Assembly: GCA_011109175.1 (NCBI GenBank)
Contig: RDEW01000007.1
Span: forward strand, 1,254,295-1,318,294
Source: Dicyema japonicum
Lineage: Eukaryota; Animalia; Dicyemida
Length of the DNA: 64,000 nt
Direction: 5' to 3'
Shown here: positions 1 through 11,094 of the stretch, piece by piece
Layout of the letters: every line of letters begins with the position of its first letter
Numbering within the stretch: the stretch's first letter is position 1
Notes under the pieces: generated by a model
Databases searched by the model: none
What the model saw: only the letters and a program-made list of their open reading frames with translations
Told to the model about the DNA's origin: nothing
Made by a program: the position numbers and the translations under genes

Positions 1-449
1 AGAAGGGACCTGGATGAGACTGCTACAAAGGGTGGCTGGCGCGTTCTTTGCAGTTGTAGAAACTATTCCAGTGGAGTGAGTGAGAGAGAATGATCCTTTT
101 ACTTGCCACCCTGGCACTGGGTGCCAAATTCCAATGGGAGAGATTCCAATTGGATTTAATTCATTTGGGTGATCAGAGAATTTAATGTCCTACAGAATGT
201 TAGTCGTCCCAGGGATAATTGGAAAGGTGCAACCAAACGTTAACTTGATGTTAAAAAAAACTTTTTGAATTGAAAAAATCTCAAATGGATTACTTATTAA
301 TGTCCTGAGGATAGACGCAATCTTCTGAATATTAGACTGCTTCTCAGAAGGAATAACGATCTAGCTGGTCGAGTAAAAATAATAGATCCAAATAAGCGTT
401 GCTTATTACATAATACTTTCACAATCCACTTTTGAAAATCTTATTCTAG

Positions 450-600
450 GTTTCAAAAACCGCACTAAAGTATTTGGTACATATCTTCAGAGATGACCCT
501 GTGTTTACAGATTTCTTGGGGAGAGTGTCGGGGTATAAGTCGGTTGGCAAGCCCTATCGTTTCATATTATTTCTCTGATCACCTAATTTGCATGTTTACT
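450..600 (+). repeat. copy of unclassified dispersed repeat (other copies ~55560-56000 minus, ~63400-63700 plus)
   Basis: Shared block GTTTCAAAAACCGCA...AAGTCGGTT(G/A)GCAAGCCCTA(T/C)CGT seen at all three loci. Confidence 0.7.
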
Positions 601-854
601 TTATAATAACAACAACAACTTTATTTAAACAAAAAAATAGAAAATATACAGTACCGGTCAATGAAAATTGCTCATCAATATTTTCATGCTTTTTATTTGA
701 AAATTAATAAAATTAAAATCTTTGAGCTCATTTTTAGTCTAATTTATTAATTTTTTTTTTTAAAAATTAAATATTCGCTTTATTTAACGAATTTAAAGCA
801 AAATTAAAAAATAGCGTGACACAAAAAATTGCTCACTTTTGTCGTGAATTCTAA

Positions 855-1620
855 ATGGAGGTTATGTGCGGTTCCCGGAAAAAACATTTTGCAGATTTCG
901 TTAAAGGGGTGATTATTGGCCATTTTAATGAAGGAAAACCATCAGAGAAATTTCCCGCATTATCAATTTATTATTTTCAACTGGTTCGTTTAACATCAGG
1001 AAATAGTGTAAATTTGGATCAATTTCTCGACAGCCTGGATCAGGACGTTTGCCGAAATTAAATTTAATACATGATGAATTTTTATGTACTGAATCCAAAA
1101 GTCAACCGACGCTGTTGGCGCCAGAATTATCTGCAATAACAAAGGAAAAATTTAATATTACCGTTTCCCCACGGACAATTACCAGAACATTAAATCGAAA
1201 TGGATTATGCTGTAGACATGCTAAAAGAAAGCCATTTATATCCCAAAAAATATTGATTTGAGATGGGCGATTTCAAAAAAATTTATTTCCCTTTCGGATG
1301 AGACATGCAAATCGGTATTATTTTCCGAAGAATCTGTTTTCAATGTTTTTTCTAACAAGAAACATCAACTTATTTATAGAAAAAATTACAGCCTTCAAAA
1401 TGTCAATTTACTTCCCACTGTAAATTTTGGAGGAGGCCGAGTTCTGATTTGGGGTGTATATCATATATCGGTGTCGGCAATATCGTTTTTGTAGATCAAA
1501 ACATGAATAGTGCATGTTACATTATTTTATTAGCCAATAATCTGCAACAATCTGCAGAAAAAATGTGCTTAAAATTAATTATTTTTCAGCAAGACAACGC
1601 TCCATGCCATACATCTCGCA
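855..1620 (+). pseudogene. Tc1-type transposase, frameshifted and 3'-truncated
   Basis: RTITRTLNRNGLCCRHAKRKPFIS (Tc3-like HTH), VLFSEESVF, TVNFGGGRVLIWG, IFQQDNAPCHTS; last catalytic region missing. Confidence 0.85.
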
Positions 1621-3000
1621 GATGATAGTTACTCTTGTAACTTCATCATAGTTTTTAACTTTCAGCCTATGTCTATGCTCGATTATCATGCTCTCTAAAG
1701 TTTTTTTAATCGTCATTGATCGGATGTTTGCCTTTGTAGAGACATCCACGTTGAGTCTTTCCATATAGGAATTGTAATAGTTCTTTGTTACTACTCCATC
1801 CCATGTCAAAAAAATCGGAATTATTGTCACCTTGGCCTTGTGAATTTGTGCTAGTTCTTCTGCCAGAAGGTCGTATTTGTGGAGTTTTTTTACTTCAACA
1901 TGTTTTAACAAATCTTGGGAAGTGACCCTACTTCTATTAGTATAATTTCGTTCTTGGATTTATCGTGTACGAAAATATCAGGTTTGTTATTTTTAACTTG
2001 TATATCCGTCTGTGTTGTATCGACTCGTATTTCAACTTTACTGTTTGACACAATCGATTTGACTGTATGCGTCTTTATCCTCTTGGTTCTTTTTATTCCA
2101 GATTGACAACACAGTTGTAGGTGTATACATCTTACAACTTCGTTATGTCGCCGCATAGATGCACCGCTAAGCATCCTGGTACATCGTGTAGCCAGGTGAT
2201 CCATACTCTTTTTGGCCATACCACAATGACTGAAATTTGCTTTCATCTCTTCAAAGAACAGATTCCGATCCTGTATCATGCAGTACATTGCTTCCGATCT
2301 TGGACTATTGTTTCCCCCAGTAAGCCATTCTGTTGATCCATTGATATCGACATTCGTATTTTCAAAACACTTGAATTTAATTGAATGAAGCAATTTCTGA
2401 TTACTCTTCTCGAAATAATTCTTCTTTTGATATTCCTTTATAATGTCAGTGTTCAAGTTAGATAGGTCATCCACATTTTATTTGAGTTCAATGAATCTTG
2501 CGATAGTGGTCATATGTGTTTTCCTTTGTTTTAAGACCAGCAAGATTCCTGCCTTCGAAGACACATGGAAGATTTCCTCTCAAGGTCGGTCAAAAATTGA
2601 AATAACATGCACTCACTCTTATCAGAAATTGAGGTTGATCCTCTTCCAAAACTATTCCTGCTGAGATATAATCTTCCTTTGTTAGCAGGTTTTAAGTGCA
2701 CTCGTAAGTTAGAGAGTATACGCCGGATTTCTAAATCAATAGCTTCGAATTTACGTGGTTCAATGTCGATAAGCCCAATATAATAATTATATATCGAGAG
2801 TGCGTATTCATTTATCGGTTTAAACAAGTTTACAGCACTTAATTTCTAATTCGCCAGTATCTCTATCCTTTTCTTCACATATCTCAGCAATTTTTTCCAT
2901 AACTTTGTCTTTCATAACCTTACTCCCTTTATCTTCTAACACTCCAAGATAGCGATATCCCTCACAACCATCCAGATAACTTGTATCTATGGCACATTTC
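1621..3000 (-). mobile_element. 5'-truncated R4/Dong-like non-LTR retrotransposon (RT end, Zn motif, restriction-like endonuclease) nested in the Tc1
   Basis: YRYLGVLED, DHLATRC...RRHNEVVRCIHL, KPDIFVHDK...ILIEVG, KLHKYDLLAEEL across ORFs 2531-2827, 1905-2474, 1579-1911. Confidence 0.85.
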
Positions 3001-3601
3001 AGATTAGTTAATAAAGCGAATATTTAATTTTAAAAAAATAAAATTAATAAATTAGAATAAAATTGAGTTTAAAGATTTTAATTTTATTAATTTTCAAAAA
3101 AATATTTTTTAATATTCAAATAAAAAGCATAAAAATATTGATGAGCAATTTTCATTGACCGGTACTGTATTAGAGAGTTAATTAATTAGTCCTGTCTCAA
3201 TGGCCTGGACACTTCACAGTCCCTCCTTTCAAGAATTTTCCTCATTCTTAATTGTGGTCTAAACGGACGGTCCTGGGGGGTCCAAAAAGCTGTTATAAAC
3301 GGATAAACCTGTAAAGATCCGTATTTAACAACCCAGGTGTATTGGTGTTATAAATAAATAATAAATAAAAATAAAATTATTTCAAAGACTAAGGTTTTAA
3401 TAATAATAAAGTTGGTTTGAGTTTAATAAAAATTAAATCGAAAATTACCAAACGATAAATGTTTAAAAAATAAAGCTTTATTTAAAATTAATAAATAATA
3501 AAAAATTCAAATTAAATAATAAAATAGCGGTAAAATCTTTGTTTCTTAACCTGCTTGGTGGTCTTGGGGTTTTTAAATAAATAATTTTTGTAGCAGAATA
3601 A

Positions 3602-6419
3602 ATGTACATAAAGTCAATCACTATCGACGGATTCAAATCCTACGCTAGACGCACAGAAGTCACAGACTTTGACCCTCAATTCAATGCCATTACTGGTCTT
3701 AATGGGAGTGGAAAGTCCAATATTCTTGACGCAATGTGTTTCCTTCTGGGGATTAGCACTCTCTCACAGGTCGACAATCACTTCATTTTAGATGAGAGTG
3801 ACCAACCTCCACGAATTGGTTTACAAAAGTGGGCATGCCGGTGTTAATAAGGCTTCTGTTTGCATCACCTTTGACAATCGTTTAAAAAAAGACAGCCCAC
3901 CAGGCTACGAGAACTACGACGAAATCGTCGTTTCTAGACAGGTCCGATTTTGCTTAATTCCAGGTACTCACTGCTGGACGGAACCGATATCTTATCAATG
4001 GGGTGAACGCAACCAACACACGTGTCCTTGACATGTTTGCCTCAGTCCGACTCAACATAAATAATCCAAACTTCCTAATAATGCAGGGTAGAATCACTAA
4101 AGTACTGAACATGAAGCCTGTGGAGGTATATAGGTCTTGTTCAGTGCATTAGATTCTCTCGTTAATCGAAGAGGCCGTGGGGACCAGTCTTTACGAAAGC
4201 AAACGGGCTCAGGCTCACAAAACTATCGATAAAAAGGAGACTAAGCTATCAGACATCAATAATGTATTTTCCTCTCTTATTCAGCTAATTAAATCCGACA
4301 TTGAGCCTCTGGTTTATAAATTGAACAAGGAACGGTCCTCATATTCCGAGTATCAGCAGGTTATGAGAGAACTTGAACGCCTGAAGATGATAACCGTGGC
4401 CGTAAATTATAAAGCAAAAACTGTGACTCAATTTATCGTCATTCCGTAGGAACTAGTCGAGGAGTACAGAAAGAAGATCTCGGATTTCGAAACTCGGATA
4501 AAGGAAAGTAAAACACGTGCCAAAGAGGTTGAAGGTGGGTTTACTTCGTAGATTGAGAAGGAGATTAAAAAGCTGGAGGATAAAATCGCCAAAATCAAGG
4601 AACAGAATGAAATTGTGGATGAGAGATTTTAGTTTAGGAAAATTCCGATGGGCTGCTGGGGGAATTGGAGGCAAAGTTAGACGAGAAGATGAGAGCACAT
4701 GCTAAGCTGTCTGCCTACCACAACTCCAGGAAGGAACAGATTTTGTCGGAGGAGCATAAACTGAGTGAACTGGAGACTTTGATGCAATCCGTTAACTTTG
4801 TTTTTATTTTTAGGAGGAAGACACCAGAATTGAGAGGAAACAGAAACTAAAGGAGGCTGAGGATCAAAATGCCTGTTTGATGGAAGAGTCAGTCGCCTTG
4901 AACAAGAAAGTAATGGAGGCCAAAGCTTACTTTTCCGCTCTTTCCTCCGGAGTAGATTCTGACGCACGTGGGAATTCTCTTCAACAACAACTGATAGGTT
5001 GTCCACAAAATAATTGTTTCAGAATCGAAGAAGACTGTCTCCAACCTTGAAACGCAAATTAGACAGACTGAACTATCGTATTGGTCATTTTAATCCAAAG
5101 GTCGACACACACAGAATCAACGTTGAATAAACGAAGGGAAGAGCTGAAAATTACAGAAGACGATGGCTCACCCATCTTAGAAGAGATAGAACGCAAGAAT
5201 GAGCGACTGGAGACGATGAAGGGGGAACTGTGTAAAATATCTGAGAAGTATCGTCAAAACGATCGAAATGAGGCAAATCTCCAAAAGGAACGGTTAATCA
5301 CTGAGATTGCCAAGGCATCACACAATGTTGCAAACTTTCAGTCTCTTTAATAATTATCGCAGAAGTCGAAGCTTTGTCTTTAATTACAATAAGCCCTTTG
5401 AGGGTTTTGACTCAAAACATAAGGTCTATGGAATCGTGGCTAACCTGATAAAACCGAAGAACACAGAGATGATCACTGCCATCGAAGTGGCTGCTGGTTC
5501 AAGAGTATTATGTTTGGTAACCGTAGTTATTCAATGTGATTGTTGACACCGAGGAGACTGCAAAATTATTGTTAAAAAGTGGAAAACTGCAATCACGTGT
5601 GACGTTTATTCCACTCAACAAAATAATCCCAAATTGCATATCTCCCACAGTACTTGGAAATGCCAAGAGATTGGTAGAATTTGTTGATTACTGTTAAGGG
5701 TGGGGAAAACAACGTGGACTTGGTTCTCTCGTGTGTGGAGTACGAAAGGTCTCTGGAGAAGGCTATGCAATTTGTGTTTGGGACAACCCTTGTCTGTAAG
5801 GATCTCACCACAGCACGTGCTGTTGTCTTCGACCGGAGTGTGAGCAAGAGAGCTGTTACTTTCGACGGGGACTTGGTGGAACCGAGTGGATCTTTGACCG
5901 GAGGTTACTCATATGGTAAGTTGGCAGGGTCAAGGAATCGATCGGAGTCAGCCCTGGCAAGGCTAATGAAACTGCGAGAGGCTGAGTATCAAGTCAAGAG
6001 TAAACAGACTGAGCTGGCGAACCTGGAGATACGGATTGGTGAACTGAAAGTTAATGAAAATCGGTTTTCACTTTAAAATAATCCCACAGGGCTGAGGAAT
6101 TGAGAAAGTCGATGGAATTGGTTGAGAGTGAGGTGAGTGTGCTGAGGACTAGACTCGAACAGTCCGATTATTACTCTCTTACTAGGGAGTGCTCTCAATT
6201 GGAAGAATCTCTGAGTCTGTCTTGTGAATTTAACATTTAGAGGAGAATTCAACAAAATTGACCGCTTTAACTAAGGCCTGTAAGGAGGCTGGTCTGCTAG
6301 TCGACTCGATAAACAAGAAGCTCTCCTTGATTGAGTTTGTTGAGGGAGTGTCCACTGTGACTAGGTATAAACAGCTTGAAAGTTCTGAGAGGGATGATTC
6401 TAATAGAGTTGAGACTTAG
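3602..6419 (+). CDS. SMC2: structural maintenance of chromosomes 2 (condensin), multi-exon; C-terminal head not found
   Basis: [15 protein letters not shown], Walker [30 protein letters not shown], hinge ([43 protein letters not shown]); many 21-27 nt GT-AG introns. Confidence 0.92.
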
Positions 6420-6544
6420 TGATTTTTGGATTCTAATACTTTGTTTTTATTCTCTTTTGTTTTTAATTACCAGGACCATGTTTTTTAGATAACGTTGTAG
6501 ATCATCTTGAATTTTTTTGTATTTATACAATATAATTAGCGTTT

Positions 6545-6890
6545 GTGTTTGCAGACTTTATAAACGACTTTGTTCTTACGTCGAATAATGAAAATATACA
6601 TCATGTACAAATTCAGAAAGGTATTTCCGAGGGAGATAGTCTTTATTATGTTATTTGTGTTAGTCATATGTTGACTTATGAGTGTCCAGAAGTCTCATTT
6701 GTGAACAATGATCACTCTGCGTTGTCTTTCCGACTAACCACCTGCTATTTATTGATGATTGGCATGATGGAAGATATGAATTTATACTTCAATGTTGTGG
6801 GAGTTGAAAAAGAATATAGAAAGTCAGATATAAATCCGGAAATGTTTAAAATATTTTCATCACCAAAAAATCGGTCAATACAAAATTGAT
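6545..6890 (+). mobile_element. decayed R4/Dong-like reverse transcriptase fragment
   Basis: QIQKGISEGDSL resembles the RT GIxQGDSLS motif; downstream degenerate. Confidence 0.55.
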
Positions 6891-6967
6891 TGCTGTTAAT
6901 TTGTTTATGCCCGCTGAATATGAACTAGTCGATACAGCTGTCCGCAGTTTATCGACTAAACGTTGTA

Positions 6968-7500
6968 CAGTTCGACCTCTATTTGGGCGCACCTCCGAGG
7001 TGGGACTGCTATATTTTGGGGAAAACTCCGTTTATGGGGTGTTCTAGAAATTTTACCAAAAGTATGACAAATCAATTAAATTTAGCACTTCTATTTGGGC
7101 TATTAATTTTTTATTATATTTTTTCTCCTAAAATTTATGGAATTTTATATGTCGAAAAATGCGTGGATGATAAAAGACATTTTTGCATCCTGGCTTCATA
7201 AATTAATGAAAAAATGATTTTTCAAAAAAAAATCTTAATGTTATTGGATAACGCTGCCTGCCACGAAATATCAACTTTTATTAATAAGATTTTTTTTTTA
7301 TTTTCCCATTTCTTCAACCCATTGGATGTTGGATCATTTATTATTTAAAGTTTTTTATCAGCAAATCTAATTCAGCCTATTTTAAGCGGATGAACAAAAT
7401 AATGAACTTTCATAAATCAAAATATGATTTTTCATTTGGAAATGAGGTATTTTAGTTAATAATTTTAGATAGGAGTTTTAAAGGATTATAGGACTAATTC
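6968..7500 (+). mobile_element. pogo/Tigger-like DDE_1 relic
   Basis: ta|CAGTTCGACCTCTATT terminus; KILMLLDNAACH and LQPLDVG at ~7230-7335. Confidence 0.6.
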
Positions 7501-7596
7501 ATCGCTAAAGTAGAGGCATATTGAATCTCGGGTATGAAGAACTAAATGAAATTACTCAATTTTGTCGAACAATCGAATAGAGGAAATTTTTAGCGT

Positions 7597-7660
7597 GGCG
7601 TCATGCGGTTCACCTGTTGTTGTAGTGGCTTTTAGTGCAATTTCTGCATGGAAAAGAACC
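7597..7660 (+). ncRNA. HDV-like pseudoknot motif, degenerate orphan copy A
   Basis: GGCGTCATGCGGTTCACC...GTGCAATTTCTGCATGGAAAAGAACC; P2 GGTTC/GAACC and P4 TGCA/TGCA retained, P1 damaged. Confidence 0.45.
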
Positions 7661-7741
7661 GGTCGAATTCCCTACCTTTCTGCTATCTTCAGAAGGGTGG
7701 CCTACCGAATAGAGGTTATTCAATATTATAATCATATATTA

Positions 7742-9674
7742 TGTCACATGGGCGGCGCGTAACGCATGGGCAGCCTGTTACATTTTTTCGACCTTGAAAA
7801 GGCCTTTTGATTATCCGACATTATTATTATTATTACCCCCAGGATCACTGGGTCAAAAAGAAAGAAATAAAAGTTCTCATCTAACTAAGTGATCCCAGAC
7901 CGACAAAGGAGAGGATGAGTCTTTCATTGGATTATCCGACATTTAATTTTATATATCCGATTTATATCGTGATTTAATCCTGTTAAATTAGTTTTTTATT
8001 CATAAATGTTATGATTATAAAGATTTTATTTTTTATAGCGGTAAACCTAGATTTATAGCACGGAAGATTATTTTGTTGCAATGGCTTCTTACAAGGGTTT
8101 TGTGAAAGATTGCGTTGAATATCAAACTTTAAAAGATGCTTTGCATGATAAATTTCCCGAAAATCTTCCGAGGCACCGAAAATATAGGCTTGTAAAGAAG
8201 ATAGAAAATTTTTTATTATCAATGACAGGTATTGTAAATTTTCAATAATTTTAGACTGTATCTTAAATCAACTGATCCCAAGTTAGTCATATCCCTGGAT
8301 AATGAAACCATAATGGAGCATGTTGCGAAATCGTTGCACGAGTTTTCAAACGGAGGAGTCAATAAAATTGAGTATGAATGTCGACAAAGATACTTCACTG
8401 TAAAGAATGAGATTATAAGAAAAGTCATTCGAAATTGTGAAGTCTGCAAATTTTCGCGTCCTTTAAAAGTTCGTGATTTTTTATAATTGTAGATTGTCGA
8501 TATAAATCACCATGTGTTTGCTTCTTCTCCAAATGAACGTTTTCATGTAGATCTAATAGACCTGAAAAAATTTTCAACATTAAATAAAAATTTCAAATGG
8601 ATTTTAACGGTCATTGACATATATAGTAGGTTGGTTTTTTTTGAATTTATAGATTCGCTTTTGTACGACCACTCTATAATAAGTCTGGTAAAGAAGTATG
8701 TGAAAACTTAAGATCTTTGTTCCGCCTGAATGGGCCATGTAAATTTCCTCAGTCCGACAATGGTTCTGAATTTAAAAATCAAGAAATAACAAAACTTTGC
8801 GAAGATTTTAACATTAAGCAAATTCACGGAAGGCCTAACAATCCACGAGCACAAGGAATTGTCGAAAGATTTAATCAGACGATCACAAGGAAGTTGTCAA
8901 AAATGTTGGATAACAGTGAAAAAAAGTGGCTTGATAAAATTAGAAAGTGCTGTCTACAATTAAAACATATCGGTCCATTCATTCTCCAACGAAAGTCCTT
9001 TCGAAAGATATCGAGAAATTAAGGGAATAAATTCAATAATTCATGGTTATAATTATATCACATTATGACTTAGATAATTTAAGTGATGAGTGTGTGATTC
9101 CAGAACAAATTGACGATTTGGTTAATTGTTCGACTCCAGAATCTATTGAAAATTCACGTAGTTTGATTTAAAAAATTTATATCTAGATAATTCCCAGTCA
9201 GATAATCTGTGTCCGAATACGAAGAGATTCAATCTCGAAATTAAATCAATTGAAGAAAATTCGAATTATTACAAAGCTATGAAAAGGAAAATGAATGTTC
9301 ATAATAGTAAAATATATTTTTAACATGGAAGATAAAGTATGAATTAAAAACATTAATAGATAGGTTCCGGCTAAAAAGGACTTTGGAACAAATCCCTCAT
9401 TGCGACTGGATAAGTTTTTTATCCATTTGCAGAAATAATTAATATTTTATCGAATAATCGCGTGAAAGTAGTTTTAAATAGTTTAATTTGATAGATAAAA
9501 ATTCGAAAGGAGAAATATCGACTGTATTAATGAGTAGACTAAAAAAAGTTACTTAAATTTAATTTTTTGTGGTAAATAAATCATTTATAAAATTAATTGA
9601 AGTTAATTGAAGTTAATCTTGGTTCAAGGTTAATGTAACAGGCTGCCCATAGGTAACGTTTGGCCCATGTGACA
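7742..9674 (+). mobile_element. Ginger2/TDD-like integrase-encoding DNA transposon
   Basis: TGT...ACA ends, ~43-bp imperfect TIRs (TGTCACATGGGC...ATGGGCAGCCTGTTACATT), flanked by TATTA on both sides; rve integrase PNERFHVDLIDL, LTVIDIYSR, QSDNGSEFKN, PRAQGIVERFNQT. Confidence 0.85.
7809..7943 (-). mobile_element. short retroposed insert with (TAA)n tail and 14-bp target duplication
   Basis: GATTATCCGACATT at 7809-7822 and 7930-7943; (TTA)n-CCCCC on the left. Confidence 0.7.
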
Positions 9675-9889
9675 TATTAAAACACTTTAAGAAAAATTAA
9701 AAAGTCAAAAAAATATATACTTAAAAAATAAATTTTTTTATTTTTAATTAGAAACCAATTAACATTGATTGAACGACAGGTGACAAGTCGATTGACAGGT
9801 GATAGGTAACAAGCACGGGATGTGTAACCCATGCGGATGCGACAACTCCAGCTTACAATGGTAAGCCAGCACAAACACTCATAACTAAT

Positions 9890-10030
9890 TAATCCAAGGA
9901 AGTAACTAAAGGGAGAACATCTGCTTGTGCAGACTAAATGCATCTTCCAATACTTCATTACAGGCTTCGCTTCCGAAGAAAGTTGGAGAAGTAGATCCGC
10001 TCTCTTCCTTCTTCCTGACCAAATCCTCTG
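9890..10030 (-). repeat. dispersed 3'-end repeat (copies ~24290-24460, ~39370-39560)
   Basis: Shared AATT(A/G)A(T/A)CCAA..GAAG...GACCAAAT(C/T)CATC(C/T)TC core. Confidence 0.55.
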
Positions 10031-10099
10031 CATGGAGCAATGTATCTGGTTAAATTATTTCCAACTGCTGGCAAAAAATTTATCGACAATCTCTACCTC

Positions 10100-10660
10100 A
10101 GGAATGAGGACGACGCTTAAGCCTTCGAAGCTGAGGTCAATACTAAGGTACCTTTTGGGCCCGGCGTACACAACATGTCACGGGTCATTCTTAAGGCTTC
10201 AAATTCAATAGTGCTAGTCTTCGGAGTCTTTCTGGATTTCGTAGATGATAATGTAGTCGAACACATCAAGAAGGACTCCACAAGCAGGGGTAGGAGACTC
10301 CTGACTATGAAGGTCTGGCAGAGGCAGAAAGAATCTGAATTGCGGGGGTCAAAATTCGCGAAAGGCCTACCAATCAAAAGTCAGGTCTCTCAAGTGCGTG
10401 AACTGTGGCGAGGAGGGACACAGGGCTAGTCATTCAAGATGCTCCTTGTATCAAAAGGCTACGGAGAAGGTACTACAGGGGAGAAGGCAGGGGCCCTCCT
10501 CTGGAATGGCTAGTGATGTAAGCGCTTTCCATCGTGTGGTAAAAGGATTTCCAAACGCGCTTAGGGATATTGCGTTGTGCTACAGAAAGAAAAATGCGCC
10601 GAGGGCATTTTTCAAATTTATGTATAGGTTGAATTTTCTGATGGAAGAAGATCGGTCTTA
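10100..10660 (+). mobile_element. LINE ORF1/gag-like fragment with CCHC zinc knuckle
   Basis: KCVNCGEEGHRASHSRC in ORF 10398-10661; frameshifted from upstream ORF. Confidence 0.6.
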
Positions 10661-10799
10661 ATGTCAAGACTTAAAAAATAATTGTTTTTTTTTATTTTAA
10701 ATAAATCTTTGTTAAATCTGGCAATTGCTATCTTGTTACCGTGGAAACACGTAAAAATTGGTTGCCCATAGGCATCAAGCCACCCATGTGACACATATG

Positions 10800-10990
10800 C
10801 ATGTAAAAAGTCATCCCAAGGATCCTTTGAGATTTTCTGAAAGGAAAATCTTCATTGTTTGCCTTCAGTTCGACCGTACGTCTTCCCAGTCTCTTGTCTG
10901 AAGTAAATAGGGTTGTGACGGACTTTTCATTGCTGCCAGTTAGGCGATTCTTCGATAGCCATTCGAAAATTAAAAGGAAATGTGATAAAA
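10800..10990 (-). mobile_element. APE-LINE reverse transcriptase C-terminal fragment
   Basis: KSVTTLFTSDKRLGRRTVEL...RILGMTF, matching the 48397-48708 frame of the element at 46288; abuts a Ginger-type right TIR ending ~10793. Confidence 0.75.
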
Positions 10991-11094
10991 CACAAGGAAA
11001 TAACATAAAAAATTAACATAAAAATAAATTCATAAATTTATTTTAGCATTTAATATATTTATCGCGAAAATATTTTGTTAATACTAAGAGAATA

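Larger units (their letters stand above)
649..3167 (+). mobile_element. Tc1/mariner DNA transposon with ~140-bp TIRs and TA target duplication
   Basis: Left end ta|CAGTACCGGTCAATGAAAATTGCTCAT (649) and right end ATGAGCAATTTTCATTGACCGGTACTG|ta (3167) are reverse complements; similarity extends ~140 bp. Confidence 0.92.

Noticed and set aside
3602-6419. Frequent in-frame stops in conserved genes suggesting stop-codon reassignment
   Set aside because: Stops fall within removable GT-AG micro-introns in genes, or are copy-specific decay in transposons; intronless POLR3K reads normally and ends in TAG.
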